The notes under the pieces were generated by a model. The model was not told where the DNA came from and did not search any database. It saw nothing but the letters and a program-made list of their open reading frames with translations. Positions 18,810 through 27,832 of a stretch of 64,000 nt of DNA are shown here, in pieces (position 1 is the stretch's first letter; each line of letters begins with the position of its first letter). The position numbers and the translations under genes were made by a program. Origin of the DNA: Candidatus Moraniibacteriota bacterium (GTDB lineage Bacteria > Patescibacteriota > Minisyncoccia > Moranbacterales > DUUL01). The DNA is taken from contig JBFHFF010000003.1 in NCBI GenBank assembly GCA_041583775.1, positions 28,547 to 92,546 on the forward strand, read 5' to 3'.

Positions 18810-19328
18810 TTATTCAATTTCGATATCAAAAGTATTGAGAAGACTGATAACTTCAGGGAAAGAAAATTTTGTTTTTTTGAGAATGTTTTTTCCAGGGTCA
18901 AAAACATAATTTATCGCTCCACGAAAAGAAGTTTTTGTCATATTTGTATCATCAAATCTTGTTCCTTTTAGATCAGAGCCTCGAAAATCAACACCGGAAA
19001 GGTCGGTACCGAAAAAATCACAAAACTGAATCTGGCAATCTTGAAAATTAGCATCTTGAATTTTTAGATTTGAAAAAACAGAAGTTGATATCAAGCAATC
19101 GAAGAAATGGAAACTGAATAAAAAACGGCCACACTCCTCAAAATTCAAGCCCAATATTTTACAATTTTTAAATATTGCGTTTTGAAAACGAGCCCCATTT
19201 ATTTTGGTGTTGGAAAAATTACACTTTGAAAAAACACAATCCACAAAGATTGTGTTGGAAAGATTTTTTTCGCTGAAATTTATTTTTTCAAATGTTTGTG
19301 ATTCAAATTCTTGATTTTCAAAATTCAT
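18810..19328 (-). CDS. Pentapeptide-repeat protein
   Basis: Tandem A(D/N)LxG-type pentapeptide repeats visible throughout the ORF (FENQEFESQTFEKINFSEKNLSNTIFVDCVFSKCNFSNTKINGARFQNAIFKNC...). Confidence 0.7.
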   Translation of the reverse strand: MNFENQEFESQTFEKINFSEKNLSNTIFVDCVFSKCNFSNTKINGARFQNAIFKNCKILGLNFEECGRFLFSFHFFDCLISTSVFSNLKIQDANFQDCQIQFCDFFGTDLSGVDFRGSDLKGTRFDDTNMTKTSFRGAINYVFDPGKNILKKTKFSFPEVISLLNTFDIEIE

Positions 19329-19973
19329 TTATTTTTTCTTTCTCATTAAAAAATCCAAAATTCCTTGTATAAACTTCTTTTTCTCAAAGTTTATAAATAA
19401 AAACAAGAAAATTGCTAGGGCTAAAATTGCCCAGCCAGCAAATTTGATGTATTTCTCAATTTCTTCTGCAAGTCCTCCAAAAAAATAACCAAGCGCGACA
19501 AGAAAACCACTCCAAACTATTCCTCCTAAAGCAGAGAATTGCAGAAATTTTAAAAACTTCATTTTCATTGTTCCTGCAAGAATGAAGGTGATAAGACTAA
19601 GGCCTGTTGAAATTTTAACATAAAAAATTATTTTGGCACCCCTTTTCTCGAATCTATTTTCCAGGTATTCTATGGAGGATCGTTTTATCCGTAATTTTCT
19701 TTTGAATTTATCCAAGATTTTACGACCACCAAAGAAACCGATAAAATAAAAAATGATGTCACCAACAATATCTCCAAAAATGCTTAATATGTAGACTATG
19801 TGCCATTCAAAAAAGCCCAATGATGACAAAAAAGAAGCGATTATTGTGACGATTGGACCTTCGATAATCATTAAGAGAAGCATAATTGGATAACCCCAAA
19901 CTTGCAGTTGCCGGGTTAGGTCTTGATAAAAAGGATCCATAGAAGATGTGTTTGTTATTTTTATAAAAAACAA
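19329..19973 (-). CDS. DedA/VTT (SNARE-associated) family membrane protein
   Basis: VTT-domain core (GPIVTIIASFLSSLGFFEWHIVYILSIFGDIVGDIIFYFIG) and a polytopic topology. The stop is adjacent to the start of the pentapeptide-repeat gene. Confidence 0.65.
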   Translation of the reverse strand: MFFIKITNTSSMDPFYQDLTRQLQVWGYPIMLLLMIIEGPIVTIIASFLSSLGFFEWHIVYILSIFGDIVGDIIFYFIGFFGGRKILDKFKRKLRIKRSSIEYLENRFEKRGAKIIFYVKISTGLSLITFILAGTMKMKFLKFLQFSALGGIVWSGFLVALGYFFGGLAEEIEKYIKFAGWAILALAIFLFLFINFEKKKFIQGILDFLMRKKK

Positions 19974-20072
19974 TGTAATGTTATAAGTTTAGAATTTTTT
20001 CCAAAAATTTGCAATCTATGCTATAATATATTTAATAAAAAGTGTCTTTAAAGTAAGAAATAAAATAAACAT

Positions 20073-20444
20073 ATGGCGAATGAGAAGAAAACAGAAAAAG
20101 TAGATGACATTTTTGGAGGATTTTCACCGGTTCGGGATATTTTACTTCGATTTATTGGTAGTTTTTTTGGAAATTTTATTGATCAATTACAGGAAAATAT
20201 CACTGAGCGTGTTGAAGAAATTCAAGCTGATTTGAAAGTGAAGGCAGCACTATTTATCAAAAAGGCAATTCAGGCTTTTGTGATTTTCTTTCTCTTGACT
20301 TTTGGTGCAATTTTTCTATTTTTCGGCTTGGCAAATGTGTTGGATTATATTTTCAAAATTGAAGGGGCGGGATTTTTATTGGTGGGATCGGTGATGACAT
20401 TTTTGGGTCTTATAATTGCAGCTATCAGTATGAGGCAAAAATAG
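20073..20444 (+). CDS. YqjE/Phage_holin_3_6-like small membrane protein
   Basis: 123 aa with an N-terminal amphipathic segment and two TM helices. Immediately upstream of a YqjD/ElaB-like gene, as in the E. coli yqjD-yqjE neighbourhood. Confidence 0.4.
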   Translation: MANEKKTEKVDDIFGGFSPVRDILLRFIGSFFGNFIDQLQENITERVEEIQADLKVKAALFIKKAIQAFVIFFLLTFGAIFLFFGLANVLDYIFKIEGAGFLLVGSVMTFLGLIIAAISMRQK

Positions 20445-20470
20445 TTAATTTAAAAAGTAAACATAAAAAT

Positions 20471-20824
20471 ATGGAGAAAAAAGTAGATAAAAAAAGCAAT
20501 AAACAAGAGGTTGATTGTTGTGAAGATGACATTTTGTGTTGTGCAAAAGAGGGAATGAAAGATACTAAAAAAAGTTTCAATAAACTTAAGAATAAATTCA
20601 AAAATGAGGCACAAGAGCTGAAAGAGACCGCAACAAATGAGATGAAAAAACTTAAAAAAGATGTTGAAAAAGGAGCACAAAAAGTTGAAGACTATGCAAA
20701 AGAAAACCCTAAAAAAGCAGCAGCAATTTCAGCGGGAATTGGAGCGGCTCTAGGCGCAAGTCTTGCAGGTCTTCTTTTAAAAAAGAAGAAAAAAGTTGAT
20801 AAAAATAATAAAAAGAAGAAGTAA
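20471..20824 (+). CDS. ElaB/YqjD (DUF883)-like C-tail-anchored membrane protein
   Basis: Lys/Glu-rich coiled-coil N-terminus and a single C-terminal TM anchor (AAAISAGIGAALGASLAGLLL) followed by a poly-Lys tail. A terminator follows at 20845..20875. Confidence 0.45.
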   Translation: MEKKVDKKSNKQEVDCCEDDILCCAKEGMKDTKKSFNKLKNKFKNEAQELKETATNEMKKLKKDVEKGAQKVEDYAKENPKKAAAISAGIGAALGASLAGLLLKKKKKVDKNNKKKK

Positions 20825-20844
20825 AATTCTTGATTGTTGATTTT

Positions 20845-20875
20845 TTAAACGCTCATTATTTGAGCGTTTTTTATT
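20845..20875 (+). terminator. Rho-independent terminator (AAACGCTCA-ttatt-TGAGCGTTT + T-run)
   Basis: Perfect 9-bp inverted repeat plus TTTTATTT, 20 nt after the stop of 20471..20824. Confidence 0.65.
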
Positions 20876-20928
20876 TAAAAGAAAGTTTTTTTACTTGTAA
20901 AAAAAAATAAGTCGCTTATAATCTAGAT

Positions 20929-21645
20929 ATGAAAATATTTGAAAAATTTTTAGGAGGAAATACTCTTTATTATCCTGGGTGTCTTACAAAATTTGCTTGT
21001 AAGGATCAAATGGAGAAATACAAAAAAATCCTTTCCTTGGAAAAGATTGATTTTATTATGCTGAAAGATAACGAGTTGTGTTGTGGTTCTCCTGTAAAAA
21101 ATGCTGGAGCAAAAAAAGTGTTTGAAGATTTAGCTAGAAAAAACTTAGCTGTCTTTAGTGAACATAGTATTGATCGAATTATCACAAATTGTCCTTCTTG
21201 TGCGCTAGTTTTTAAAAAAGACTATAAGGAAATTTTAGGCAAAGAATGGGGCATTGAGGTTTTGCATATTTCTGAAGTTATTGACAAATCACTTTCTGTG
21301 TTAAAAAAAGTTGAAAATGGGGGAAGGGCGACATTTCATGACCCATGTCATCTTGGAAGAGCTTTGGGGATTTTTGAGCAGCCCAGAAATGTAATTAAGA
21401 AAGCTGGTTATGAGCTTGTGGAAATGGAATATTCGCGAGAAAAAAGTGTTTGTTGTGGAGCTGGTGGTGGTGTCAAAGGCAACAATCTTGAGCTTTCAAA
21501 TAGAATTGGAAAGGATAGAACAAAACAAGCAAAAGAGACTGGTGCTGATGTTTTGGTGACAAATTGTCCAATGTGCTTTAAACAATTGACAGAAAATGGG
21601 CAGGGAATGAAAGTTTTGGAGTTATGTGATTTGTTTGAGCTATAA
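20929..21645 (+). CDS. LutA/GlpC-like (Fe-S) oxidoreductase with two cysteine-rich CCG domains
   Basis: Two CCG-domain signatures (ELCCGSPV...NCPSCA and SVCCGAGGG...NCPMCFKQL). 238 aa, matching the size of LutA/YkgE. Confidence 0.65.
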   Translation: MKIFEKFLGGNTLYYPGCLTKFACKDQMEKYKKILSLEKIDFIMLKDNELCCGSPVKNAGAKKVFEDLARKNLAVFSEHSIDRIITNCPSCALVFKKDYKEILGKEWGIEVLHISEVIDKSLSVLKKVENGGRATFHDPCHLGRALGIFEQPRNVIKKAGYELVEMEYSREKSVCCGAGGGVKGNNLELSNRIGKDRTKQAKETGADVLVTNCPMCFKQLTENGQGMKVLELCDLFEL

Positions 21646-21699
21646 AGTAAGCCAATAAAGAAAACTGTAATTTAAATAAAAATAGAAAAAGAAAAATAA

Positions 21700-22257
21700 A
21701 TGAAACAGTTTAGTATCGAAATTATAGAAGGTGCAGAATGTGTGGTGAGGAAGAACAGTTTAGCTAAGAAAGTTTCAATTAAAATAAATACAAGAGGTGA
21801 GGTGAGAGCCACAATTCCTTGGTGGGTTTCCAAGAAAAACGCAATCTCTTTTGTTCAAGAAAACAAAGGTTGGATTTTGAATAAATTGGAAAAAATGAAG
21901 AATATAAAGGCTGAGAGTATTTTGCAACTGGGAGATAGAGAAGATTATTTAATTCATAAAAAAACTGCAAAAGATTTTGTTTTGGGAAGACTGGAATATT
22001 TTAATCAGTTTTATGGTTTTTCGTTTGAGCGAGTTGCAATTAGGGATCAGCGCACAAGATGGGGAAGTTGTAGTGGGAAGAGGAATCTGAACTTTAACTA
22101 TCGCATTATTCATCTTCCGGGAGAGTATGCGGACTATTTAATTGTTCATGAGTTGTGCCATCTTAAACAAATGAATCACTCTAGTGATTTTTGGAAATTA
22201 GTAGCTCAAACTATTCCAGATTATCGCAGGATTTCAAAAGAATTGCGTAGAATGTAG
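21700..22257 (+). CDS. YgjP-like (DUF45/M48-type) zinc metallohydrolase
   Basis: HEXXH motif in VHELCHLKQMNHSSDFW, the hallmark of this family. 185 aa. Confidence 0.7.
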   Translation: MKQFSIEIIEGAECVVRKNSLAKKVSIKINTRGEVRATIPWWVSKKNAISFVQENKGWILNKLEKMKNIKAESILQLGDREDYLIHKKTAKDFVLGRLEYFNQFYGFSFERVAIRDQRTRWGSCSGKRNLNFNYRIIHLPGEYADYLIVHELCHLKQMNHSSDFWKLVAQTIPDYRRISKELRRM

Positions 22258-22268
22258 AAGTTAGAAAT

Positions 22269-23366
22269 CTAGGCTAAGCGCTTTAAAATTTCAATTCCTT
22301 TTTCTAATTCAGAAAAAGGAACCGCAAAAGAGATACGAAAGTAACCCTTTTTTTCAGAGAAAGCTTCACTGGGCACAACAAGAAGTTTATTTTCTAAAAG
22401 ATTTTTGATGAAGTTTTCTTTATTTTCAGGAATTTTCAAGAAAGCATAAAAAGCTCCCTCGGGAACCCTAAATTCGAATTTATTTTTCAAAGAATCGCAC
22501 AAGAAGTCGCGATTTTTTTTATAATATTCTGTAAATTCTGAAATATCTAGTTCAAACTGCTCTGTTAGTGCTCTTTGAGCAAAGGATGGGGCGCAGACAA
22601 AAGTATATTGTTGTAATTTATTAATTGCCTCGATAATTTCAACAGGAGCATGCAAATAACCAACACGCCAGCCTGTAACAGAGTGGCTTTTTGAGAAACC
22701 GTTTAGGGTGATAGTATTATTGTAAACACTTCCAATGCTAAAAAAGTCACCTTCATAATTGAAGCGTTCATAGATTTCGTCGGATAGGATTAGAAGATTT
22801 TTTTCTTCTGCAATTTTTACAACTCCTCGTAGATTTTTTTCTGAATAAACAGCACCAGTTGGGTTATTTGGAGAGTTGATGATAATCATCTTTGTTTTTT
22901 TCGTTATCAACTTCTTCAAATTTTCAAGGTTTAAATCGAAGTTTGGATATGTATCGAGATAGACAATTTTAGCACCTAGATAATTTAAAACTTGTTTATA
23001 TAAAACGAAATATGGATCTGGCAAAATAACCTCATCACCAGGGTTGATTGTTGCGCTGAGTGCAAGAAAAATTCCTCCAGCCGCTCCGGTTGTTATCATA
23101 ACTTCTTCCAAGTTTGCTTTTATTTGGTTTTCCGTTCTGAGTTTTTTAGTAATTTTCTCTCTCAATTCCATAGAGCCTAAAGTCGGAAAGTACGCATTGT
23201 GGTCTTCGTCAATAGCTTTTTTTGCCGACTCTTTTAACGCCTGAGGTGTCTTGAAATGAGGTTGGCCGATAGAGAGATTTGTATATTCTCCTTTATTTTT
23301 AGTAGCTAATTCAAACACTTTACGGATACCAGATTCTTCAATTTGATTTATTCTTTTTGATAGCAT
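22269..23366 (-). CDS. Class I/II PLP-dependent aminotransferase (aspartate/aromatic aminotransferase-like). Start assigned at the internal Met (MLSKRINQIEESGIRK); the track ORF extends to 23423.
   Basis: SGIRKVF N-terminal block, NSPNNPTG, and the PLP lysine in FSKSHSVTGWRVGY. The internal start avoids overlap with tyrA and matches the family N-terminus. Confidence 0.75.
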   Translation of the reverse strand: MLSKRINQIEESGIRKVFELATKNKGEYTNLSIGQPHFKTPQALKESAKKAIDEDHNAYFPTLGSMELREKITKKLRTENQIKANLEEVMITTGAAGGIFLALSATINPGDEVILPDPYFVLYKQVLNYLGAKIVYLDTYPNFDLNLENLKKLITKKTKMIIINSPNNPTGAVYSEKNLRGVVKIAEEKNLLILSDEIYERFNYEGDFFSIGSVYNNTITLNGFSKSHSVTGWRVGYLHAPVEIIEAINKLQQYTFVCAPSFAQRALTEQFELDISEFTEYYKKNRDFLCDSLKNKFEFRVPEGAFYAFLKIPENKENFIKNLLENKLLVVPSEAFSEKKGYFRISFAVPFSELEKGIEILKRLA

Positions 23367-23367
23367 T

Positions 23368-24432
23368 TTATTTTTGATAATTATAACTTTCTTTGAAAAT
23401 AACATCGTAGAGCTTTTCCACAAAGTCTGAGTTTAGTTTTGTGGCCTGTTTTCTTTTTTGAATAATTTCTTTTTCTCGTTTAGTATCAACAATCGTTAGC
23501 CTGTTTCTTTTCTTGTATGCACCTATTTTCTTTGCACAAGTCATTCTTTCTTCTAAGAGAGTAAAAATTTTTTGATCAATTGAATTAATCAACTTTCGGT
23601 TTGAATTAAACTCATTTGTTGTGCTCGCTTCTAAGATTTTCCCTTCAATTAAATCACAAGCTCTTAGGAATTCGACCCTAATTTTCGAAGAATAAGAATT
23701 ATAATTGTTCATATCATAAAAAAGCTGCCAGTCATCATTGTTGGTGTGGGGCAAGATTCTTAATAGATCTGTATATCCAGGGGTAAAAATTTCTTGTTCC
23801 CCGATCCCAGCCTTAGTAAGGGAGCGTCCCAAAAAATGAACAAAACTCAGGGTTTTAGCATTTTGTTTGTCATGTTCTTTGGGTGAGACTATTAAGACTT
23901 TTAGTTTAAGCTTTTCTAGGAAAATTTTCAAAGAAGCTAGTTTCTCTTCAGAAACTCTTATTGGACATAAAACTACTTGTTTATTTTCTAATTCAAAATA
24001 TTTTTTATTAAGATTGAATTTTGTTGTTACCGAACCAAACATAGGATGGGATCCAATAATTTCATTTTCTTTTGGAAGATATTTTTTTAACCATTTGCAC
24101 GGCAACTCTTTAACAGAGCAGGTGTCAATTATGGTTGTTTTTGGTTTTAATAAGGGGGCTATTTTTTTAATCAAATTTTCTGTTTTTGAGATAGGAACTG
24201 ATAGAAGAAGATAGTCACAATCAATAACCTCCTTAAAATCAACCAATTTAATTCCTATTTTATTGGCTATTTCTAAATCCGCATCCCTTTTTCGATAATG
24301 GAAAACCTTTACATCAAAAAAACTACTTAAAACAGTCGCCATTAAAACACCAAATCTACCAAAACCAATTATTCCAATTTCAATCTTATTTTTCATATAA
24401 ATGTCAAACTTAATTTCTTTTAGTTGCAGCAA
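23368..24432 (-). CDS. tyrA: Bifunctional prephenate dehydrogenase / chorismate mutase, with the AroQ-type CM domain at the C-terminus
   Basis: N-terminal Rossmann motif (IGIIGFGRFGVLMA) and the TyrA catalytic region. The C-terminal ~85 aa (RKLINSIDQKIFTLLEERMTCAKKIGAYKKRNRLTIVDTKREKEIIQ) match the chorismate mutase type II helix-bundle pattern. Confidence 0.7.
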   Translation of the reverse strand: MLQLKEIKFDIYMKNKIEIGIIGFGRFGVLMATVLSSFFDVKVFHYRKRDADLEIANKIGIKLVDFKEVIDCDYLLLSVPISKTENLIKKIAPLLKPKTTIIDTCSVKELPCKWLKKYLPKENEIIGSHPMFGSVTTKFNLNKKYFELENKQVVLCPIRVSEEKLASLKIFLEKLKLKVLIVSPKEHDKQNAKTLSFVHFLGRSLTKAGIGEQEIFTPGYTDLLRILPHTNNDDWQLFYDMNNYNSYSSKIRVEFLRACDLIEGKILEASTTNEFNSNRKLINSIDQKIFTLLEERMTCAKKIGAYKKRNRLTIVDTKREKEIIQKRKQATKLNSDFVEKLYDVIFKESYNYQK

Positions 24433-24979
24433 TAAAGCTAGTAAAATTGAATTTTAAATCTTGAACGCCTTCTTCTAAAATGTCTAAATTGTATAGTTTG
24501 GCGCAATTGCTTGAAGCAATTACAGCGGTACTTGGATCTAGTGTTCCGGAACTGAGATCATTTGCAGCGCTTGCCGTGTCTGTGTATTCCTCAAGTTCTG
24601 TTTCGGTCCATTTTCTTTTTAGGTACATTCTGCACTGTTTGAGTGCTTGTGGATGTGAGGCAATTTTATTTATAGCGGAAGTATTTGCCCCGGGTTTTAC
24701 TAAAAGACAGTGTTTGATGTCAATTTCAAAGATATTTTCAATATCAAAGTTGTGTTTTGACATAGCAACAACAGCTTCGTGAACAATTCCCCCATTTGAG
24801 TTTTCAATTGGAAAGATTGCCTTATCGATTTTTTCAGCTTCTAATTCAGTTAATGTTTTTTCAACGCTAAGTAAATAGAGTAATTCAAAATCATTAATAT
24901 TGTTCTCCAAGCAGTAATGTTTCGCCGCCTCTTCTGAAAAACTGCCTTCATTACCAGATACTCCTATTTTTATAGTCAT
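24410..24979 (-). CDS. pheA: Prephenate dehydratase (PDT domain only, no ACT regulatory domain)
   Basis: PDT blocks PIENSNGG, SHPQALKQC, TASAAN, AVIASS and AKLYNLDIL, plus an NFTSF relative of the TRF motif. 189 aa. Overlaps tyrA by 23 nt. Confidence 0.7.
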   Translation of the reverse strand: MTIKIGVSGNEGSFSEEAAKHYCLENNINDFELLYLLSVEKTLTELEAEKIDKAIFPIENSNGGIVHEAVVAMSKHNFDIENIFEIDIKHCLLVKPGANTSAINKIASHPQALKQCRMYLKRKWTETELEEYTDTASAANDLSSGTLDPSTAVIASSNCAKLYNLDILEEGVQDLKFNFTSFIAATKRN

Positions 24980-25128
24980 CCTGTTATTTTTAATTTTTAA
25001 AACAATATAAGTTTAGCCAAATTTTTTCAAAAGAACAAGGAATGTATCGAATAGTTCCTTCTTTTGAATTGCAAAAAGAATTACGACAAGCTATTATTGA
25101 GGTGTATTATAAGAAATGACTCTTTGAT

Positions 25129-25851
25129 ATGCCAAAAATTATATTTGATATTGAGACTGTTGGGGAAAACTGGAAGACAATGGATAAAAAAACGCAAGAA
25201 ATAATTAAACAGAGGGTTATTAAAGTTGTTGGTGATGTAAAAAATAAAAAGGCCATAAAAGAAGCTTTGCTTGCTGAAATTGAAACATTTAGCCATTCTC
25301 CATTGACGGGACAAATTATTTCGATTGGAATGCTAGATATAGACACCAAAAAAGGCGCTGTTTATTTTCAGTCACCTGATGTAGAAATTGAAGATTTCGA
25401 GGAAGATGGGATTAAATACAAATTGATGACAGAAAAAGAAATTATTGAAGGTTTCTGGCAGATTGCAAAGCATGCAGATGAGTTCATTAGTTTTAATGGA
25501 AGATCCTTTGATATTCCCCATATTCTAATCAGGGGAGCTGTTCATAGTATTCGTCCATCAAAAGATTTGATGGCGAGCAGATATATAAATATGCAAAAAA
25601 CTGGGTCAAAACACATTGATCTTTTAGACCAGCTTACTTTTTATGGTAGTATCTCAAACAATGAAGGTGATTCGCATATGTGGACACGCGCTTTTGGAAT
25701 TAAAGATGTAAAGGAAAAAGATATTGATAGTGAAGATGTTGTGAAAATGTTTGCTGATAAAAAATATTTGGAAATTGCTCAATATAATGCTAGTAATTTA
25801 CATTTAACCAGAGAGTTATTTGAACACTGGGAAAAGTATTTAAGGTTCTAA
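25129..25851 (+). CDS. RNase H-like 3'-5' exonuclease (YprB / PolB-exonuclease-domain-like)
   Basis: Exo I-like FDIET, Exo II-like FNGRSFDIPHI, and a later acidic HIDLLD block. 240 aa. Confidence 0.55.
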   Translation: MPKIIFDIETVGENWKTMDKKTQEIIKQRVIKVVGDVKNKKAIKEALLAEIETFSHSPLTGQIISIGMLDIDTKKGAVYFQSPDVEIEDFEEDGIKYKLMTEKEIIEGFWQIAKHADEFISFNGRSFDIPHILIRGAVHSIRPSKDLMASRYINMQKTGSKHIDLLDQLTFYGSISNNEGDSHMWTRAFGIKDVKEKDIDSEDVVKMFADKKYLEIAQYNASNLHLTRELFEHWEKYLRF

Positions 25852-25861
25852 ATATAGAAAA

Positions 25862-26188
25862 ATGTTGGTTTTTAATTTTTTCTTAAAGATTTTTATTGTA
25901 ATTTTAGTGGGGACTATTTTTCTTCTAATTGTTGGGAAAATTCCTCCAAGTGGTGCAATTGGCTTTCGACCAATTGACGATGGATGTTATGGGATCGGAT
26001 TTGAAAATAAAGAGGTTTATGATAAATTTCCAAAAGGAAAAATTAGAATAGAATCTTTTAATCTTGAATATTATGTTCCTAATGAATCAGAAAAAAAATC
26101 TCCAGATGGATTTTGCTTAGGAAAAAATTTTTGGGATAAGAAAAAATGGGAAGAAGAAAAGAAACTTCAAATTAATCAAGTAAAATAG
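25862..26188 (+). CDS. Small membrane-anchored protein, paralog A (N-terminal TM, conserved Cys pair)
   Basis: One N-terminal TM helix. The shared core with 26267..26563 is (I/L)GFRP(I/V)(D/Q)D(G/E)C(Y/F)GI...NLEY(Y/D)VP....GFCLG(K/Q). Confidence 0.45.
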   Translation: MLVFNFFLKIFIVILVGTIFLLIVGKIPPSGAIGFRPIDDGCYGIGFENKEVYDKFPKGKIRIESFNLEYYVPNESEKKSPDGFCLGKNFWDKKKWEEEKKLQINQVK

Positions 26189-26266
26189 AGATGAAGAGGG
26201 TGTGAATAGGGAATTTAATGGAGTTGATTGTTAAAGGACTGAATAATAAAATAATATAAAATAAAA

Positions 26267-26563
26267 ATGTTTAAATTAATTGGATTGATTTTAAAAATAG
26301 CAATTATTATTTTTGTTTTAGGTTTTGTTCATAGATATATTTCAGAGCGATGGGATTTGGGGTCACTTGGCTTTAGACCTGTTCAAGATGAGTGTTTTGG
26401 AATTATAATAGAAGCTGATGATGTTTATAAATCCTATGATTCACTTCCTTTTTTACCAAAAGGACAGCTAAAAACGAAATATTTTAATTTAGAATATGAT
26501 GTCCCGAGAAGTAAGGCCGAGGCTATGAATGGTTTTTGTTTGGGGCAAGATAAGAAAAAATAA
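26267..26563 (+). CDS. Small membrane-anchored protein, paralog B
   Basis: Same architecture and conserved motifs as 25862..26188 (LGFRPVQDECFGI...NLEYDVP...GFCLGQDKKK). This is a tandem duplicate. Confidence 0.45.
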   Translation: MFKLIGLILKIAIIIFVLGFVHRYISERWDLGSLGFRPVQDECFGIIIEADDVYKSYDSLPFLPKGQLKTKYFNLEYDVPRSKAEAMNGFCLGQDKKK

Positions 26564-26572
26564 TTAAAAACT

Positions 26573-27832
26573 ATGACAGAATTTTTTGAAGATAGTGCTA
26601 GAAACGCTATTCAAAAGACTATTGCAGATTCCCGAAGGAAAAGAAATGTTCTTTTTGATGAAATGGGAATTGCAGAAGAGGATTTTAAGTCAGAGGTGAC
26701 AGAAATTCGTAAAAAAATATTTTCAAATTTTGAGAAAAACCTAAATGAGGCAAAAGTAAACTTTAAGAAAAAAGGTTTTATTTTGCACGAAGCAAAAGAA
26801 GTGAAGGATGTCGGGGTGATTTTGAAGGATGTTTTAAGTGACTCAAAGATAATTGCAAGAACCAAAACAAATACAGGAAGAGAGATTGGGTTGGATGGTT
26901 TTCTGAGTGAATTTGATAGCTTCGAAACTGACCTAGGTGATTATATTGTTGAACTATTCAATGAAGAGGACCAACACTATGTTCTTCCTGCAATTCATGT
27001 CAATGCTAAAAAAATAGCTCAAAAAATAAAAGAAGTTTTCAATGAAGACATTGAGGCCGATCCAACAAAATTAACACATTTTTTATGTTCAAAAATTAGA
27101 GAAAAAATCTTGAAGGCTGACACTGGGATAACTGGTGCAAATTTTATTACAAAAAAGGGTCAAGTTGTTTTGCTTGAGAATGAAGGAAATATTTCATTGG
27201 TTTCAAGACTTCCTAAAAAACACATCGTTATTGTTGGTATTGATAAGTTGGTTGAAACTGTTGAAGATGCAACAAAGTTATGTAGGGCTGCAGCTATGTT
27301 TGGAACTGGTCAAGATATCACGCAGTATATTTCTATTATTTCAGGACCCTCAAAAACCGCTGACATTGAATCGCAACTCGTTGTAGGTGCGCAGGGTGCA
27401 AAAGAGGTGCATATTATTCTTATTGACAATATGCGTAGAAATATGCTCAAAGAAGGACTTGGTGATATGTTGAGATGTATAAATTGTGGCTCTTGTATTA
27501 ATTTTTGTCCAGTATATCATCAAAAAGGGAATAAATTCGGTGGAGGGAAATACATTGGGGCAAGAGGGATTATTAACACTGCTTTTCGTGATTCTTCTTT
27601 GTTATCAAAAGAGAAGGGTAGTTTTGATTGTATGCTTTGCGGAGCATGCTATGTAAACTGTCCAATGAAAATTGAATTGCCAAGAATGATTAGAGATGTC
27701 AGGCAAAAACAAAATAAAAAAGGAGAGCAAACAAAAGAAAACAGGCAAATGATTGAGAATATCGAGAAAAATGGCAATCCATTTGGTGAAATTTCGGAAA
27801 AGGAGGTTCCAGACAAGCTTTATTGTTGCTAG
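26573..27832 (+). CDS. LutB-like iron-sulfur protein (LUD/DUF162 domain + 2x[4Fe-4S] ferredoxin motifs)
   Basis: C-terminal CINCGSCINFCPVY and CMLCGACYVNCPMK ferredoxin-type cluster motifs. The preceding ~300 aa match the LutB/YkgF arrangement (LUD domain). Confidence 0.55.
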   Translation: MTEFFEDSARNAIQKTIADSRRKRNVLFDEMGIAEEDFKSEVTEIRKKIFSNFEKNLNEAKVNFKKKGFILHEAKEVKDVGVILKDVLSDSKIIARTKTNTGREIGLDGFLSEFDSFETDLGDYIVELFNEEDQHYVLPAIHVNAKKIAQKIKEVFNEDIEADPTKLTHFLCSKIREKILKADTGITGANFITKKGQVVLLENEGNISLVSRLPKKHIVIVGIDKLVETVEDATKLCRAAAMFGTGQDITQYISIISGPSKTADIESQLVVGAQGAKEVHIILIDNMRRNMLKEGLGDMLRCINCGSCINFCPVYHQKGNKFGGGKYIGARGIINTAFRDSSLLSKEKGSFDCMLCGACYVNCPMKIELPRMIRDVRQKQNKKGEQTKENRQMIENIEKNGNPFGEISEKEVPDKLYCC

